A stretch of 64,000 bases of DNA from the human T2T-CHM13v2.0 reference genome, Homo sapiens. This document shows positions 1-13,697 of this stretch, one piece after another (the first letter of the stretch is position 1; every line of letters begins with the position of its first letter). The stretch lies in the NCBI RefSeq assembly GCF_009914755.1, contig NC_060931.1. The stretch is one strand, 5' to 3'. The notes under the pieces were generated by a model. It had not been told where the DNA came from. It saw nothing but the letters and a program-made list of their open reading frames with translations, and searched no databases. A program made the translations under genes and the position numbers.

Positions 1-273
1 AGTTTCGCTCTTATAGCCCAGGCTGGAGTACAATGGCGTGAACTTGGCTCACTACAACCTCCACCTCCTGGGGTCAAGTGATTCTCCTGCCTCAGCCTCC
101 CAAGTAGCTGGGATTACAGGTACCCGCCACCATACCTGGCTATTTTTTCTATTTTTAGTAGAGACAGGGTTTTGCCATGTTGGCCAGGATGGTCTCAAAC
201 TCCTGACTTCAGGTGATCCGCCCACCTCAGCCTCCCAAAGTGCTGGGATTACAGGCGTGAGCCCACCCAGCCT
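1..273 (-). mobile_element. Alu (AluS, Sq/Sx-like), tail cut by window edge
   Basis: Reverse-complement Alu body (gcccaggctggagtacaatggc...ctcccaaagtgctgggattacaggcgtgagcc). Confidence 0.93.
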
Positions 274-972
274 GAATCAGTATTTTTCAAAGTGAGGTCC
301 GAAGCACTGCAAATTTTTTTTTTTAATTTTTCTTATTTGAATTTCTGTAGAAATAAACACATATAATCATTACATCTGTATGATCAAATTTAACTAAATA
401 CGGTCATAATACTTCAGTGTTCTTGCTTCTGATTATGAATGAGTTACGACATAAAGTCTGCATAAAAGGCTCAACCGAAAAAGTAGCAAGAGAATTGAGT
501 CAATGCATAGCATGTACTGAAGCACACTGAACTTAAACTTCAGTATAGAAATCAGTAAGAAGTTGATCCTCTCCAATTTAAATATATAATGCATATATTA
601 GTTTTTAATATAGCATTTTAATTAAGTTTTAATATGATCTAAAATTCAGGTTTTAAATTTTCATCTTTCCTGACAAAAATGTATCAGTGTCTAGAGAAAT
701 ACAGATGAGAACAGGGGACTATTAATATAGAATAAAAGAAAAAATGTTATCAATAGGGTGGACACTTAGTTTATCATCCAAACTTGGACACTTATAACAG
801 TGAAAAGATACCTATTAATCATTACGCCAAAACACAGGTATGAACCAGAACAGTTGAAACAAACAAGACATGATCACTCCAGGAGTAAGTCTCAATAATT
901 ACAAGTATACAAACCCTTCTCCTAAAGAGCAACCTTTTTTTTCAATTAAAAAAAAAAAATGTGTGCAGTCCT

Positions 973-1428
973 CACTATTCATAATAGCAAAGACTTGGAA
1001 CCAACCCAAATGCCCAGTGATAGACTGGATAAAGAAAATATGACACATATACAACATGGAATACTATGCAGCCATAAAAAAGGATGAGCTCATATCCTTT
1101 GCAGGGAAATGGATGAAGCTGGAAACCATCATTCTCAGCAAACTAACACAAGAACAGAAAACCAAACATCACATGTTCTCACTCATAAGTGAGAGTTGAA
1201 CAATGAGAACACATGGACACAGGGAGGGGAACATCACACACTGGGGCCTGTCAGTGGGTGGGGGGCCAGGGGAGGGATAGCATTAGGAGAAATACCTAAT
1301 GTAGATGACGGGTTGATGGGTGCGGCAAACCACCATGGCACGTGTATACCTATGTAACAAACCTGCACGTTCTGCACATGTACCCCAGAACTTAAAGTAT
1401 AACTAAAAAAAAAAAAAAAAAAAAAAAA
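973..1428 (+). mobile_element. 5'-truncated L1PA (L1PA6-8-like) 3' end with poly(A) and TSD
   Basis: L1 3'UTR (ggaggatagcattaggagaaatacctaatgtagatgacggg-like, ...cttaaagtataa), long A-tail, TSD tgtgtgcagtcct at 960-972 and 1430-1442. Confidence 0.93.
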
Positions 1429-1429
1429 T

Positions 1430-1836
1430 TGTGTGCAGTCCTAATAAGGGAACAGGGTAAAGCAAAAATAAAAAAGCAGATAAGCTAGAAGTCCACCTTT
1501 CTTCATGGTCCAGGACACACAGTCCTCCTCCACAAATAACTCACAATCTTCCTGTGCCCAGCTATCATCAGACCCTCGCCTGATAGCTCATTGCAACCTA
1601 GGTGTTATCAGTACTGCACAAAGCTCTCTTCAGCCCACAGCACAAGCACCATCCTTTAAGATCCCCAGCAAGCCTTTGCTACTTGCATTCAGCTCCTCTT
1701 TTGCTGACTTGCCAATAGCTTTCTTGCAATGTATTTTCATACTTTCTCTAATAAATCTGCCTTTCTTTACCTCAAATGTCTTGGTAAATTATTTTTACCA
1801 CCACGCAACACCAGCCCCAGACAGTCGCTACCCGCG
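1430..1836 (+). mobile_element. Solo ERV LTR (LTR47-like, tentative)
   Basis: Starts TG; LTR-like layout with AATAAA (ctctaataaatctgcc) and U5-like tail; resemblance to LTR47 is from memory. Confidence 0.55.
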
Positions 1837-1937
1837 AAAAAATATACTCAGTACTTCCATGTACAATACCACACTGTTTGCGTATAAAGATAGACTGGAC
1901 ATGGATCACACTCCAATATGTTTAAGGTACTATCGAG

Positions 1938-2303
1938 TGTACTTATCTGTTCTCATGCTGCTAATAGAGACATACCTGAGACTGGGTGATTTATAAAGGA
2001 AAAGAAGTTTAATGAACTTACAGTTCCACATGGCTGGAGAGGCCTCACAATCATGGCAGAAGATGAAAGAGGGGCAAAGGCTTGTCTTACATGGCAGGAA
2101 GCAAGAGAGCATGTGCAGGGGACCTGCCCTTTATAAAACCATCAGATCTCACGAGACTTCTTCACTATCACAAGAACAGCATGGGAAAAACCCACCCCAT
2201 GATTCAATTACCTCCCACCAGGTTCCTCTCCCACGACACATGGGGATTATGGGAGCTACAATTCAAGATGAGATTTGGATGGGGACAGAGCTAAACCATA
2301 TCA
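1938..2303 (-). mobile_element. THE1 solo LTR (ERVL-MaLR)
   Basis: Ends ...gagctacaattcaagatgagatttggatggggacagagctaaaccatatca, the reverse complement of the THE1 5' end; ~365 bp. Confidence 0.9.
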
Positions 2304-2409
2304 CAGGGTAAGCTACAGAAGAGGAAAAATAATAAAAATGATAAAAAGAAAAAATAAGTGTGTGTTTGGCAGGGATGGGGAAATACATAGAGCAAAGAGA
2401 TATTATAAT

Positions 2410-2615
2410 ACTTAGCAACGGTTAAGGGTGTGCTAACCAGAACATAACTGCTTGAGTTTACACTGGCTCCACTCCTTAGGTGCACTGGACAAGTTATTTC
2501 CATCTCTGTGCCTTCATCCCTCATCTGTAAGATGGGAATAATACTGCCTCATAGGGTATATACAACTTAGAACAGTACCTGGTACACATTAAGTTTCACT
2601 AAGTATTAGCATTAT
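2410..2615 (+). mobile_element. MIR
   Basis: MIR core ctctgtgccttcatccctcatctgtaagatgggaataata...ttagaacagtacctggtacaca. Confidence 0.75.
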
Positions 2616-2827
2616 TTTTCTATAGCAGAAGAAGAATTCACTTCAGCTGAGACCAGAGAAGCATTCATATTTCAAAAAGGTGGCATCTAAGATAGACCCA
2701 GAGGGATGGTAGATCATAGAAACTTAAATGATATTGGAAAAGGCAATTACATACAGAATACATAGAACTGAATGGCAGAAAATACAGCAAACATAAGGAA
2801 GTGGTATATAGTTCTATTTTCTTGAAC

Positions 2828-3142
2828 TGTGCTGTCTAAAACAGTAGATGCTAGCTAAATATGGCTACTGAGCATTTGATATGTGGCTAGTCCAAACTGA
2901 GATGTGTTATAAGTATAAATACATACCAGAGTTGGAAAATTTAGTATGAAGAAAAACACTATAAAATACCATTAATTTTTTTATTATATACTGAAATGGC
3001 AATATTTTAGATTTGTTAGGGTAAATAAAATAATTAAATTTTACCTTTTTCTTCATTAAAAAATTAGTCCTAGAAAATTTTAAATTACATACAAATATGG
3101 CTTACATTTAAGGCTCGCATTATGTTTTTAATGGCCAGCACT
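2828..3142. mobile_element. MER33-like hAT-Charlie MITE
   Basis: ctgtgctgtct...atggctactgagcatttgatatgtggctagtccaaactgagatgtg...atggccagcact; ~315 bp. Confidence 0.75.
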
Positions 3143-3152
3143 TGGTTAGAAT

Positions 3153-3880
<728 letters not shown>

Positions 3881-3899
3881 TGCTGTACAGGACACATAA

Positions 3900-5710
3900 G
3901 GAAATGCATAGGAGATAAAGTTAGAGAAAATGTCACATTATAAGTGGTTCTGCATTCCAAGTTAAAGCATTCGGGCTTTATTCTGTGGACAATTAAAAGA
4001 TTTAGGAAAATCATATGATTAGATTAGGAAAATTAGCTTCATTGTAGTGAGTTAAAAGGACTGAAGGAGAAACAAGGCAGAAAGGCCAGTAAGGAGGTTG
4101 TTGCAATTCTCTAAACAAGAACAAGGACCTGAACTATGGTAGTAACAATAGAAATAGTAAACAGAAGTCAGACTGGAGAGCTGTTATAGAAAAGGATCAG
4201 CAAAAAAAATAAAAATAAAAATCATCATTGGAATGAATATGAGAGTACAAGTATAAGAGAAATACCAACTATGATGTCCAAATTCCCAGCCTAGGGAGTA
4301 GAAAGATCTGAAACTATCAAGAAAAATACAGCCCACAGAGGAAGAAATATATTTAGAAGGGAAAAACCATGAGTTCAGTTCTTTACATCAATGACAATAA
4401 AGTTATTATGAAATCATAGGAAGTGCAAGACACTCATTCAACTAACACTATTTACTGAGCACATACTATGTGACAGAGTTCTAGCAGTGAAACAATTACA
4501 AATCCCTGCCTTCATGAAACCTACATTCTAGTAGAGACATAACAAAATAAATCAGTAGAATAGTGAACCAGAGGGTCACAGTAAGAAACTTGTCTTTATT
4601 TAGAGTGAAATGGAAAGCCATTAGTTTTAAGGAAAGGAGAGATCTGACCTACCTCATATTTTAACAGACTAACTCTAGTAGCCTGGCTGGAAAAAAAGAC
4701 CAAATGGAGGCTGTGACAAGCATTGAGAGGCAGTTAAGAAGTGAATGCAATTATCCACATCAGTGATGATGGTGACTGAGGAAGAGGGTAGTAGCAGAGG
4801 AGGTAGTGAGATGTTGTCAAAATCAAGATATATTTTGAAGGTGGAACCTAGAGGGTTTACTGAAATAACAAATGTGGAGTGTAAGAGAAAGGAAGGAATC
4901 AAAGATGATTTCAAGTTTCTGACCTGAGTCAAAATAATTGAGCTGCCATTAATTGAGATGAGCAAGACTGAGAGAAGAGCAGGTTTTAGGCAGAAGATCA
5001 GGAACCCCATTTTGGACATGTTAAGTTTGGGTTGCCTGTCTGACACATACAAATAGAGATGCCCACTAAGCAATTAAATATTCAGGACTTTTATAAAGGA
5101 AGAGGTCAGTGCTTTACATGGAAATCTGTTGTCAGTGTATAGGTGGTATTTAAAACCGTTCTCTATTTGGATTTGCTCTCTCTTGGTGACAGAGTACAGG
5201 TCCAAAAGAAAAGGTCCAAGAACTAAATCCTGACTAACTCAAATTTTAAAAGTGGGCATAAGAGAAATAACCAGAAAAAGAGAAAGCCAAAGAGTAGGGG
5301 GAAAAAATCAGGAGACTGGGGGAGTCCTGAAGCCCAGTAAAGAAAGCGCATGATGGAAAAAGTGTCAAATGTGTCAAAAAAAAAAAAACGCTGCTATTAG
5401 GTCAATGAAGGTGAGAAACATAAGCTGACCATTGGATTTGGCAACATGGAGATAACTGGTGAACTTGAAAAGAGCGTGATGGAAAAAGTGTCAAATGTGT
5501 CAAAAAACGCTGCTATTAGGTCAATGAAGGTGAGAAATATGAGCTGACCATTGGATTTGGCAGCATGGAGATAATTGGTGAACTTGAAAAACGCCAAGGG
5601 TGACTGAGTGCATTCAAGGGTGAATAAGAAAGAAATTGGAGAAAATAGAGATAACTCTTTTGAGTTATCTGTAAAGTGAAGCAAAGAAATGGTGTGATTA
5701 TAGAAGGGAC
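3900..5710 (-). mobile_element. L2 fragments
   Basis: cattcaactaacactatttactgagcacatactatgtg (L2 3' end) and L2 ORF-like purine-rich text (gagctgccattaattgagatg, ttttggacatgttaagtttg). Confidence 0.7.
5351..5590. repeat. Tandem duplication, two ~115-120 bp copies
   Basis: tgatggaaaaagtgtcaaatgtgtc...gaacttgaaaa at 5351-5471 and 5477-5590. Confidence 0.95.
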
Positions 5711-6171
5711 AAGAAGAATAAAAAAATTTTGTGGGTTTTTTTGATGAAAACATTCGTGAATACAGATGGAAAAGACCTAACAGAAGGAAAAGGGGGCAGT
5801 ACCTTTAGTAAGCCTAAATATATGTAATCCAACGCACCTAAGCAGAAACGGTAAGGCAAGGAGAAAAGATGGAAAACGGAGATATAAATTTGAGATGGCG
5901 CTGACAGAAGCAAGCACAAGTGAAGCCATGAAAATGTCAAGGAAAAAGTCAACAAGAAAACTGGCTTAATAAAGAGGTCATGGCAAAAATAAATAAAAAT
6001 GTGACATCGGATCAACGAAGTAGGTGGACAGCGCCCGTGTCTCAAGAGCTCACGCGGCTTGTAATTAAGGGCTTGAAACATCTGTATCCCGTTAACCCTG
6101 CAATAAGCAAAGTGACAGGAATTTAGTCTTCCTTGGGAATTCAAGAACGAAGAAAGAACAAAGGTACATAC

Positions 6172-6216
6172 CTCGTGAGGAGTATTGCACACAGCCAATC
6201 CCACAAGGCCAGTGGT
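6172..6216 (-). CDS. NDUFA5: NADH:ubiquinone oxidoreductase subunit A5, coding exon 2 (TTGLVGLAVCNTPHE)
   Basis: 45-nt phase-0 exon flanked by ttttgaacAG and GTatgt; peptide matches NDUFA5 residues 8-22. Confidence 0.97.
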
Positions 6217-6289
6217 CTGTTCAAAAACAAAACACGATTCATGCTGTTTACTACGGTTTCCATACATCCAGCACGCTAAGGAAATACAA

Positions 6290-6900
6290 AACCACGAATC
6301 CCCCGGCTAAAACTGGTCTAAAGCCAGCTACTGGTCTCTCAGTCTCGCTTGTTTGGAGCTTTTTTCCTGACTCTCGGAGCGGAACCACTAACCTGCCCTA
6401 CCCGGTAAGGCATGCAGAACGAGTCCCCGAAAAGCACCGCCGAGCCCGCGACAGTAGGGGTCAACACCCGCGGGAAGTAGGGCTATCGGACTGAGTCTAC
6501 CCCCACAGTCTAAATTCCAACAGTGACCTCCATTCGTCTCACCTTCTTCAGCACACCCGCCATGACAGCGCCAACGACTCGGTGACGCACAACCCTTTGG
6601 GAACAATTCTCAGACCTGCTCAATCGACCACCGAGGTCGCCACTCTGTCACCCTGGAAACAGCTTAGCTCCACCCCTTCAGGATCGCCAAAGGAGCAAAG
6701 ACTCTGCCCCGCCCATCTTAAAAGAGAAAAATTGACGCATGCGCGATGGGCATACAAGCCTAAAGCTAAGCTAGAAGACGATTGGGGAAAGAAAGGGTTT
6801 CCCAGCTGTCTGTTCCTGTTCCTGCCACTGCTGACGGCTTGCCCAAAGATTGAGGGAAACACTCCCAACTACCAAAAAACTCCAGTCGCTGTAGGAACCT
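6290..6900 (-). promoter_or_regulatory. NDUFA5: CpG-island promoter of NDUFA5 with NRF1-like, GC-box and CRE-half sites
   Basis: Only CpG-dense non-Alu stretch in the window; GACGCATGCGCG 6734-6745 (NRF1-like), GCCCCGCCC 6706-6714, TGACGCA at 6583 and 6733. Confidence 0.85.
6543..6563 (-). CDS. NDUFA5: NDUFA5 coding part of exon 1 (MAGVLKK)
   Basis: gtcATGGCGGGTGTGCTGAAGAAG|GTgaga; strong Kozak (G at -3 and +4); splices in frame to exon 2 over a 326-nt intron. Confidence 0.97.
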
Positions 6901-8342
6901 GCACTGTGCTTAACCGTTGATGCATTCCTCAACCTTCCTTTCTCAGTTTAGTAAAATGAAAGTGATAACGGAGCTTGAGCATCCTCTGAATTGATCTCTC
7001 AACAGCAAGTTAGTTCTTCGCACAAGGATATCAGTATTCTCTGTGTCTTACGAACCAAAGCCCTATGGAGTGTGAGGTCATTTTCCATCGCTCTTTTCGA
7101 TTTCACTGGCTGAAATACATCATCTTATTTCCAGATGAAATGATATCAGACCATACCACTTTTTCCTACCTCCACAAACACTGACCACTCACTATGTGTC
7201 AGTTACTGGGACATAATTTCTAAAATGGGATTTCACATCCTGGAATTCAAAGAATAATGAAGAAGGCGTGTATTAATAAATAATTTGGTAACTGTTCTAA
7301 AAGAAGTTGATGCAAAGTGTGATGGTACCAGGGAAAAGGAAATAACTAAAAAGCGTGGGTGACTTTCTAAAAAGTCAGTAGGAGAAAAGAACAAATTGAG
7401 AAAACACAAGTACAAAGGAAAATAGGTTAAAAATGTATATATAAATTCCAGGTGATTTTATGTGATTGGAAAGGTGGGTTTGATTGTTAAGGTAAACTGG
7501 TTAAGATTATGAAAGGTGTTGTTTGCCATTATACAAAATTTGAATTTTACTTTTTAAGGAATGGGAACAATGAGAAGACTTTTAAGCTTCTAAGTGACAC
7601 CATCAAATTTATGTTTCAGATATACAAACAACTTAGGCAACAGTTGAAGAGAATGAGTTGGAAGAGATGAGGCCTTTCATTAGAGGCATGAGACTAGAAA
7701 AAATGAAAGCTAAACCAAAAGCAAACAGAAGAAAGGAAATATTAAAGATTAGAAAAGAAGGAGACAGAATATCAATAAAGAAAATCAATGAAACCAGGAA
7801 TTGGTTCCCTAAAAGGATCAACAAAATTGGCAAACCTTTAGTGAAACTAAGAAAAAAAAGAGAGAAGATTTAATACAAGCAAGAATAAAAGAACCATCAC
7901 TAATAGCCTTGCTGAAATAAACAGGAATAAGAAGGAATACTATGAACAACTATGCTTAAAAAAGATAAAGTAGATAAAATGGCCAGATTCCTAGAAAAAC
8001 ACAAACTACCTAAATCAACTCAAGAAGGCATAAAGAAAAATCTGACTAGATCTAACATAATTAAAGAAATTGAATTAGCAAGAAAAAAAAAAAAACCTAT
8101 CCAGAAGGAAAAGCACAGGTCCAGATGGCTTCGCTGGTAAATTCCACTGAACAATTAAAGAATAACACTTAAGAAACTATTCCAAAATATAGAAGAGGAG
8201 GAAACAATTAACAACTAATTCTATAAGGCAAGTATTACTCTGATTCCAACCAGACAAAGAAATCAACAAGAAACAAAAACTTCAGCCAGGTGTGGACTCT
8301 GATTCCAACCAGACAAAGAAATCAACAAGAAAAGAAAACTTC

Positions 8343-8667
<325 letters not shown>

Positions 8668-9264
8668 TCAGGCCAATATCCCTTATTAATAAACACAAAA
8701 TACTCAGAAAAGTACTAGCAAACCAAATTCAGTAGCATATGAAAAAAAAATTATACACCACAAATAAATGATATTTATTTCAAAAATACAAAGTTGGTTT
8801 AACATCCCCAAATCAATTAATCTAATGTACCATTGAATACAGGACAAAAACTATATGATAATTTTAATAGATGCAGAAAAAGCATTGGACAAATTTCAAC
8901 ATGCTTTCATGATAAAAGCACACAACAAGCTGGGAAAAGAAGAGAAATTTTTCAACCTGATAAAGATGCTTAGAAAAACCCCACAACATCATACTTAAGA
9001 GTGAAAGGCAATTCTTTTCTGCTAAGATCATTCACAAGACAAATATTTTTCCACTCTCACCACTTCTATCCAACAATATATTGGAAATATTAGCTAAGGG
9101 AATTAGGCAAGAAAATAAAATGAATAAAAGTCATCCAGAAGAGACAGGAAAAAGTAAAACTATCTCTATTCACAGTTGCATAATCTTTTATATAGGATTA
9201 TTAAGGAATACACACATACATACAATTAAAACAAATAACTTCAGCAAAGTTACATTATACATGA

Positions 9265-9643
9265 TCTATCAGGGTCAGCTCAGGCTGCCATAACAAAATA
9301 CTATGGATGAGGTGGCTTAAACAACAGAAATGTATTTCTCACAGTTCTGAAGGCTGATAAGTTTAAGACCAAAGCCAGCAAGACAGATTTCATTCTGAGG
9401 CTTTTTCTTTTGGCTTATACTGGTTACCCTCTCATGGTATGCTCATATTTACCTCTTTTCGTGTGTGCTTGGGGTTGGGTCAGGGTGGAGAGCAAGATCT
9501 CTGGTGTCCCTTTTTATAAGGCCACTGTTACCATCATGACCTCATCTAAACCTAATTATCTCCCAAAGATTCCATCTCCAAATACCATTTTATTGAGGTT
9601 TAGAGCTGTAATATATGAAATCTGGGGGACATAGTCCATAGCA
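9265..9643 (-). mobile_element. MLT1A-like MaLR LTR
   Basis: ggctgccataacaaaatac...ggtggcttaaacaacagaaatgtatttctcacagttctg...gtccatagca. Confidence 0.85.
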
Positions 9644-10369
9644 ATCAATATACAAAAATATGCTCTAGTCTATTATAGCAATGAATAATCTGAAAATAAA
9701 TTAAGAAAACAATTCTATTTACCATAGCATCAAAAAGAAATAAATCTAACAAAATAAGTGTAACACTTGTACACTGAAAAGTATTAAATATTGTTGGAAA
9801 TACTAAAGATCTAAATAAATAGACATTTCTTATTTAATGATTTGAAGTCAATATTGGTCAGATGGCAATACTCAAGTTGATGTAGCGTTTCATCACAATT
9901 CCTATCAAAATCCCAGCTTCCTTTTTGCAGAAATTTTTCACAAAAGATTTGTCAGTAGCAGAAGGCACTGTTTGATAACACTTGTCTCACAGAAGAACTC
10001 TCAAAATTGGAATCAGTCCTCTCAATTCTGCTGCTGCTTTATCAACCAAATTTATAAAATATTATAAAGACTTTGTTGTCATTTAAACAATATTCACAGT
10101 ATCTTCACCAGGAGTAGATTCCATCTCAAGAAACCACTTTCTTTGTTCATTCAAGAAGCAACTCATCATCTGATCAAGTTTTATCATGAGATTGCAGCAG
10201 TTCAGTCACATCTTCAAGCTCTACTTCTAATTCTGGTTCTCTTGCTGTTTTCCTCACATTTGCAATGGCTTTTTCCACTGATCTTCAACCCCTCAAAGTC
10301 ATCCATGTGAGTTGGAATCAACTTTTGCTAAACTCCTGTTAATATTGATATTTTGACCTCCTTGCATGA

Positions 10370-10662
<293 letters not shown>

Positions 10663-11537
10663 CATGAATCACCAAATCTTTTTAATAGCATCTAGTGTGG
10701 TCAGTTCTTTCAAGAAGGTTTTCAATTTATGTTACCCAGATCTGTCAGAGGAATCGGTATTTATGGTAACTATAGCCTTATAAAATGTATTTTTTTAAAT
10801 AAGACTTGAAAGTGGACATTACTCCTTGACTCGTGGACTGCAGAATGATGACTGCAGCATGTTGTGCGTGAAAACAATGTTAATCTCTTTGTACATCTTC
10901 ATCCTCAGGGCTCTTGAGTGACCAGGTACATTTTCAATGAGCAGTAATATTTTGAAAGAAATCTTCTTTTTTCTTAGCCCAGACTTTGTTGTTCCATTTA
11001 TAGAACACAGGCAGACTAGATTTAGCATCATTCTTCAGGGTCCTAGGATTTTCAGGATGGTAAGTGAGCATGGGCTTCAACAGCTGCATAAGCCTGTAAC
11101 AAGAGAGTTAGCCTGTCTTTTGAAGCTTTGAAGCCAGGTGTTGACTTGTCCTCTCTAGCTTTGAAAGTCTTAGATAGCATCTTTTTCCCATAGAAGGCTG
11201 TTTCATCTACATTTTTAAAAATCTATTGTTTCCTGTGGTTATCTCCATCAGTGATCTTAGCTAGATCTTCTGGATCTTGCTGCAGCTTCTACATCAGCAC
11301 TTGCTGCTTCACCTTGCACTTTTATGTTACGAAAATGGCTTCTTTCCTTAAACCTCATGAACCAATTTCTAACAGCTTCAGAGTTTTCTTCTGCAGCTTT
11401 TTTTACCTCTCTTAGGCTTCATAGTGCTGAAGAGAGTCAGGGCCTTGCTCTGGATTAGGTTTTGGCTTAAGGGAATGTTGTGGATGGCCTGGTCTATCCA
11501 GGTCACTAAAACTTTCTCCATATCAGCAATAAGGCTG

Positions 11538-11868
<331 letters not shown>

Positions 11869-13222
11869 TGTTTTGCCTTTTTATCATTCGTGTGTTAACA
11901 GAGTAGCACTTTTAATTTTCTTCAAGAACTTTTTCTTTGTATTCACAGCTTGGCTAACTGGTGCAAGAGGCCTACTTTTTGGCCCATCTTAGCTTTCAAC
12001 ATGCCTCCCTCACTAAGCTTAATCGTTTCTAACTTTTGTTTTAAAGTGAGAGATTTGTGACTCTTCCTTTCACATGAACACTTAAAGGCCATTGCAGCAT
12101 TATTAACTGGCCTAATTTCAACATTGTTGTATCTCAGGGAATAGGAAGGCTAGAGCAGAAGGAGAGAGATGGGGAACAGCCAGTCGGTGGAGCAACCAGA
12201 ACACAAATAACATTTAAGTTTGTTGTCTTATATGGGTGTGGTTTGTTGAACTCTAAGACACTTAATAACACTAACATCAAAGATCAGTAATTACAGATCA
12301 CCATAATAGATAAGGAAGAAGTTTGAAATATTTCAAGAGTTACCAAAACGTGACACAGAAGCATGAAGTGAGTACATGCTGTTGGAAAAAATGGTGCTAA
12401 TAGACTTGCTTGATACATAGTTGCCACAAACTTTAAATTTGCAAAATATCTGCGAAGTAAAACAATATAGCAAAGCACAATAACATAAAGTGTGCCTTTT
12501 ATACATATACGTGGCTGTTATCACAGTATCCTAGAGCCAGTAGACCTACAGGAGGCTAAATGATGAGGGTCACAGAGCCACAGGCAGTTCTCTAAGGGTT
12601 CTAAACAGGAAGCACCAGGATTGAGATTTATGTTTAGATGCCACATCATGGGCAGTGTGAAGAAGGAGTCTGCATGTGGCAGGACTGTGAGCAGTATGAC
12701 CCAATACAAACATCTATGAAAAAATGAAATAAAATCTATCAAAAAAAAGGTTGGTGAATTTGACTACATTAATATTCTATACTTCTGAATAACAAGAGAC
12801 ACAACTTAAATTGTAAAACAACACAGACGGGAAGAAGATATCTGCAACCCATATAGCCACCAAAAAATAGGCGATGCCTAGAATATGTAAGGAACTTTTG
12901 TAAATCAATAAAACAACAACAAGAAAAGAACACCCAAAACAGGTCTCCCTACTTTGACTTTTGCCTCCCTCTCTGGAGTACATTAAATGAGTTATTATAT
13001 GTATATGCCTCACCCAGTATGTGTAATATGGCACCACCTACTTGACTTCTATTAATTTATTAGTTTACTTTTTTTATTCTCAACCCAGTAGCTAGAATAA
13101 TTCTTTTAAAAAGTACTTTGCTCAAAATTCTCCCATGATTTTTTTCACTCAAGCTGTAAAAGTCAAAGTTCTTACACCTTGCAATCCACAAGGCCCTGCC
13201 CCACTTCTCAGACCTAACCTCC

Positions 13223-13658
13223 TGTATTAGTCAGGGTTCCCCAGAGAAAGAGAACCAGTGGGATATTTAATATTTCATTTTAATTTCATGCACACACACA
13301 TATACACATATGAAATAGCCATATATATAGGAGATATATATAAAATACCCCTATATATAGGATATTTTTATATATCCTATTGTGTGTGTGTGTATATACA
13401 CATACACACATACACACACATATACAGATGATCTCCAAGTTACAATGTTTTGACTTACGATTTTTTGATGTTAAGATAGGTTTATTGGGACGTAACACCA
13501 TAAGTCAAGAAACATCTGGACTTAACGATTGTTTGCCTTATGATTTCTTAACTTTATGATAGTTCATTGGAGTATTAAATGGATTTTTGACTTATGATAT
13601 TTTCAATTTTATGATGGGTTTATTGGTATATAGCCCCTTTGTAAGTTGAGAAGCATCT

Positions 13659-13697
<39 letters not shown>

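Noticed and set aside
38-295. Alu-derived ORFs (also 3369, 8292, 10403, 14343-14751, 16979, 18816, 52950, 56320, 59589, 62591)
   Set aside because: Typical Alu translations ([23 protein letters not shown]); no gene structure.
1505-1996. 163-aa plus-strand ORF
   Set aside because: Runs through LTR sequence, antisense within an NDUFA5 intron; no recognisable domain.
6388-6920. ORFs over the NDUFA5 CpG island, and an N-terminal extension of NDUFA5
   Set aside because: Non-ATG starts in GC-rich DNA; an in-frame TGA at 6648-6650 and no upstream in-frame ATG.
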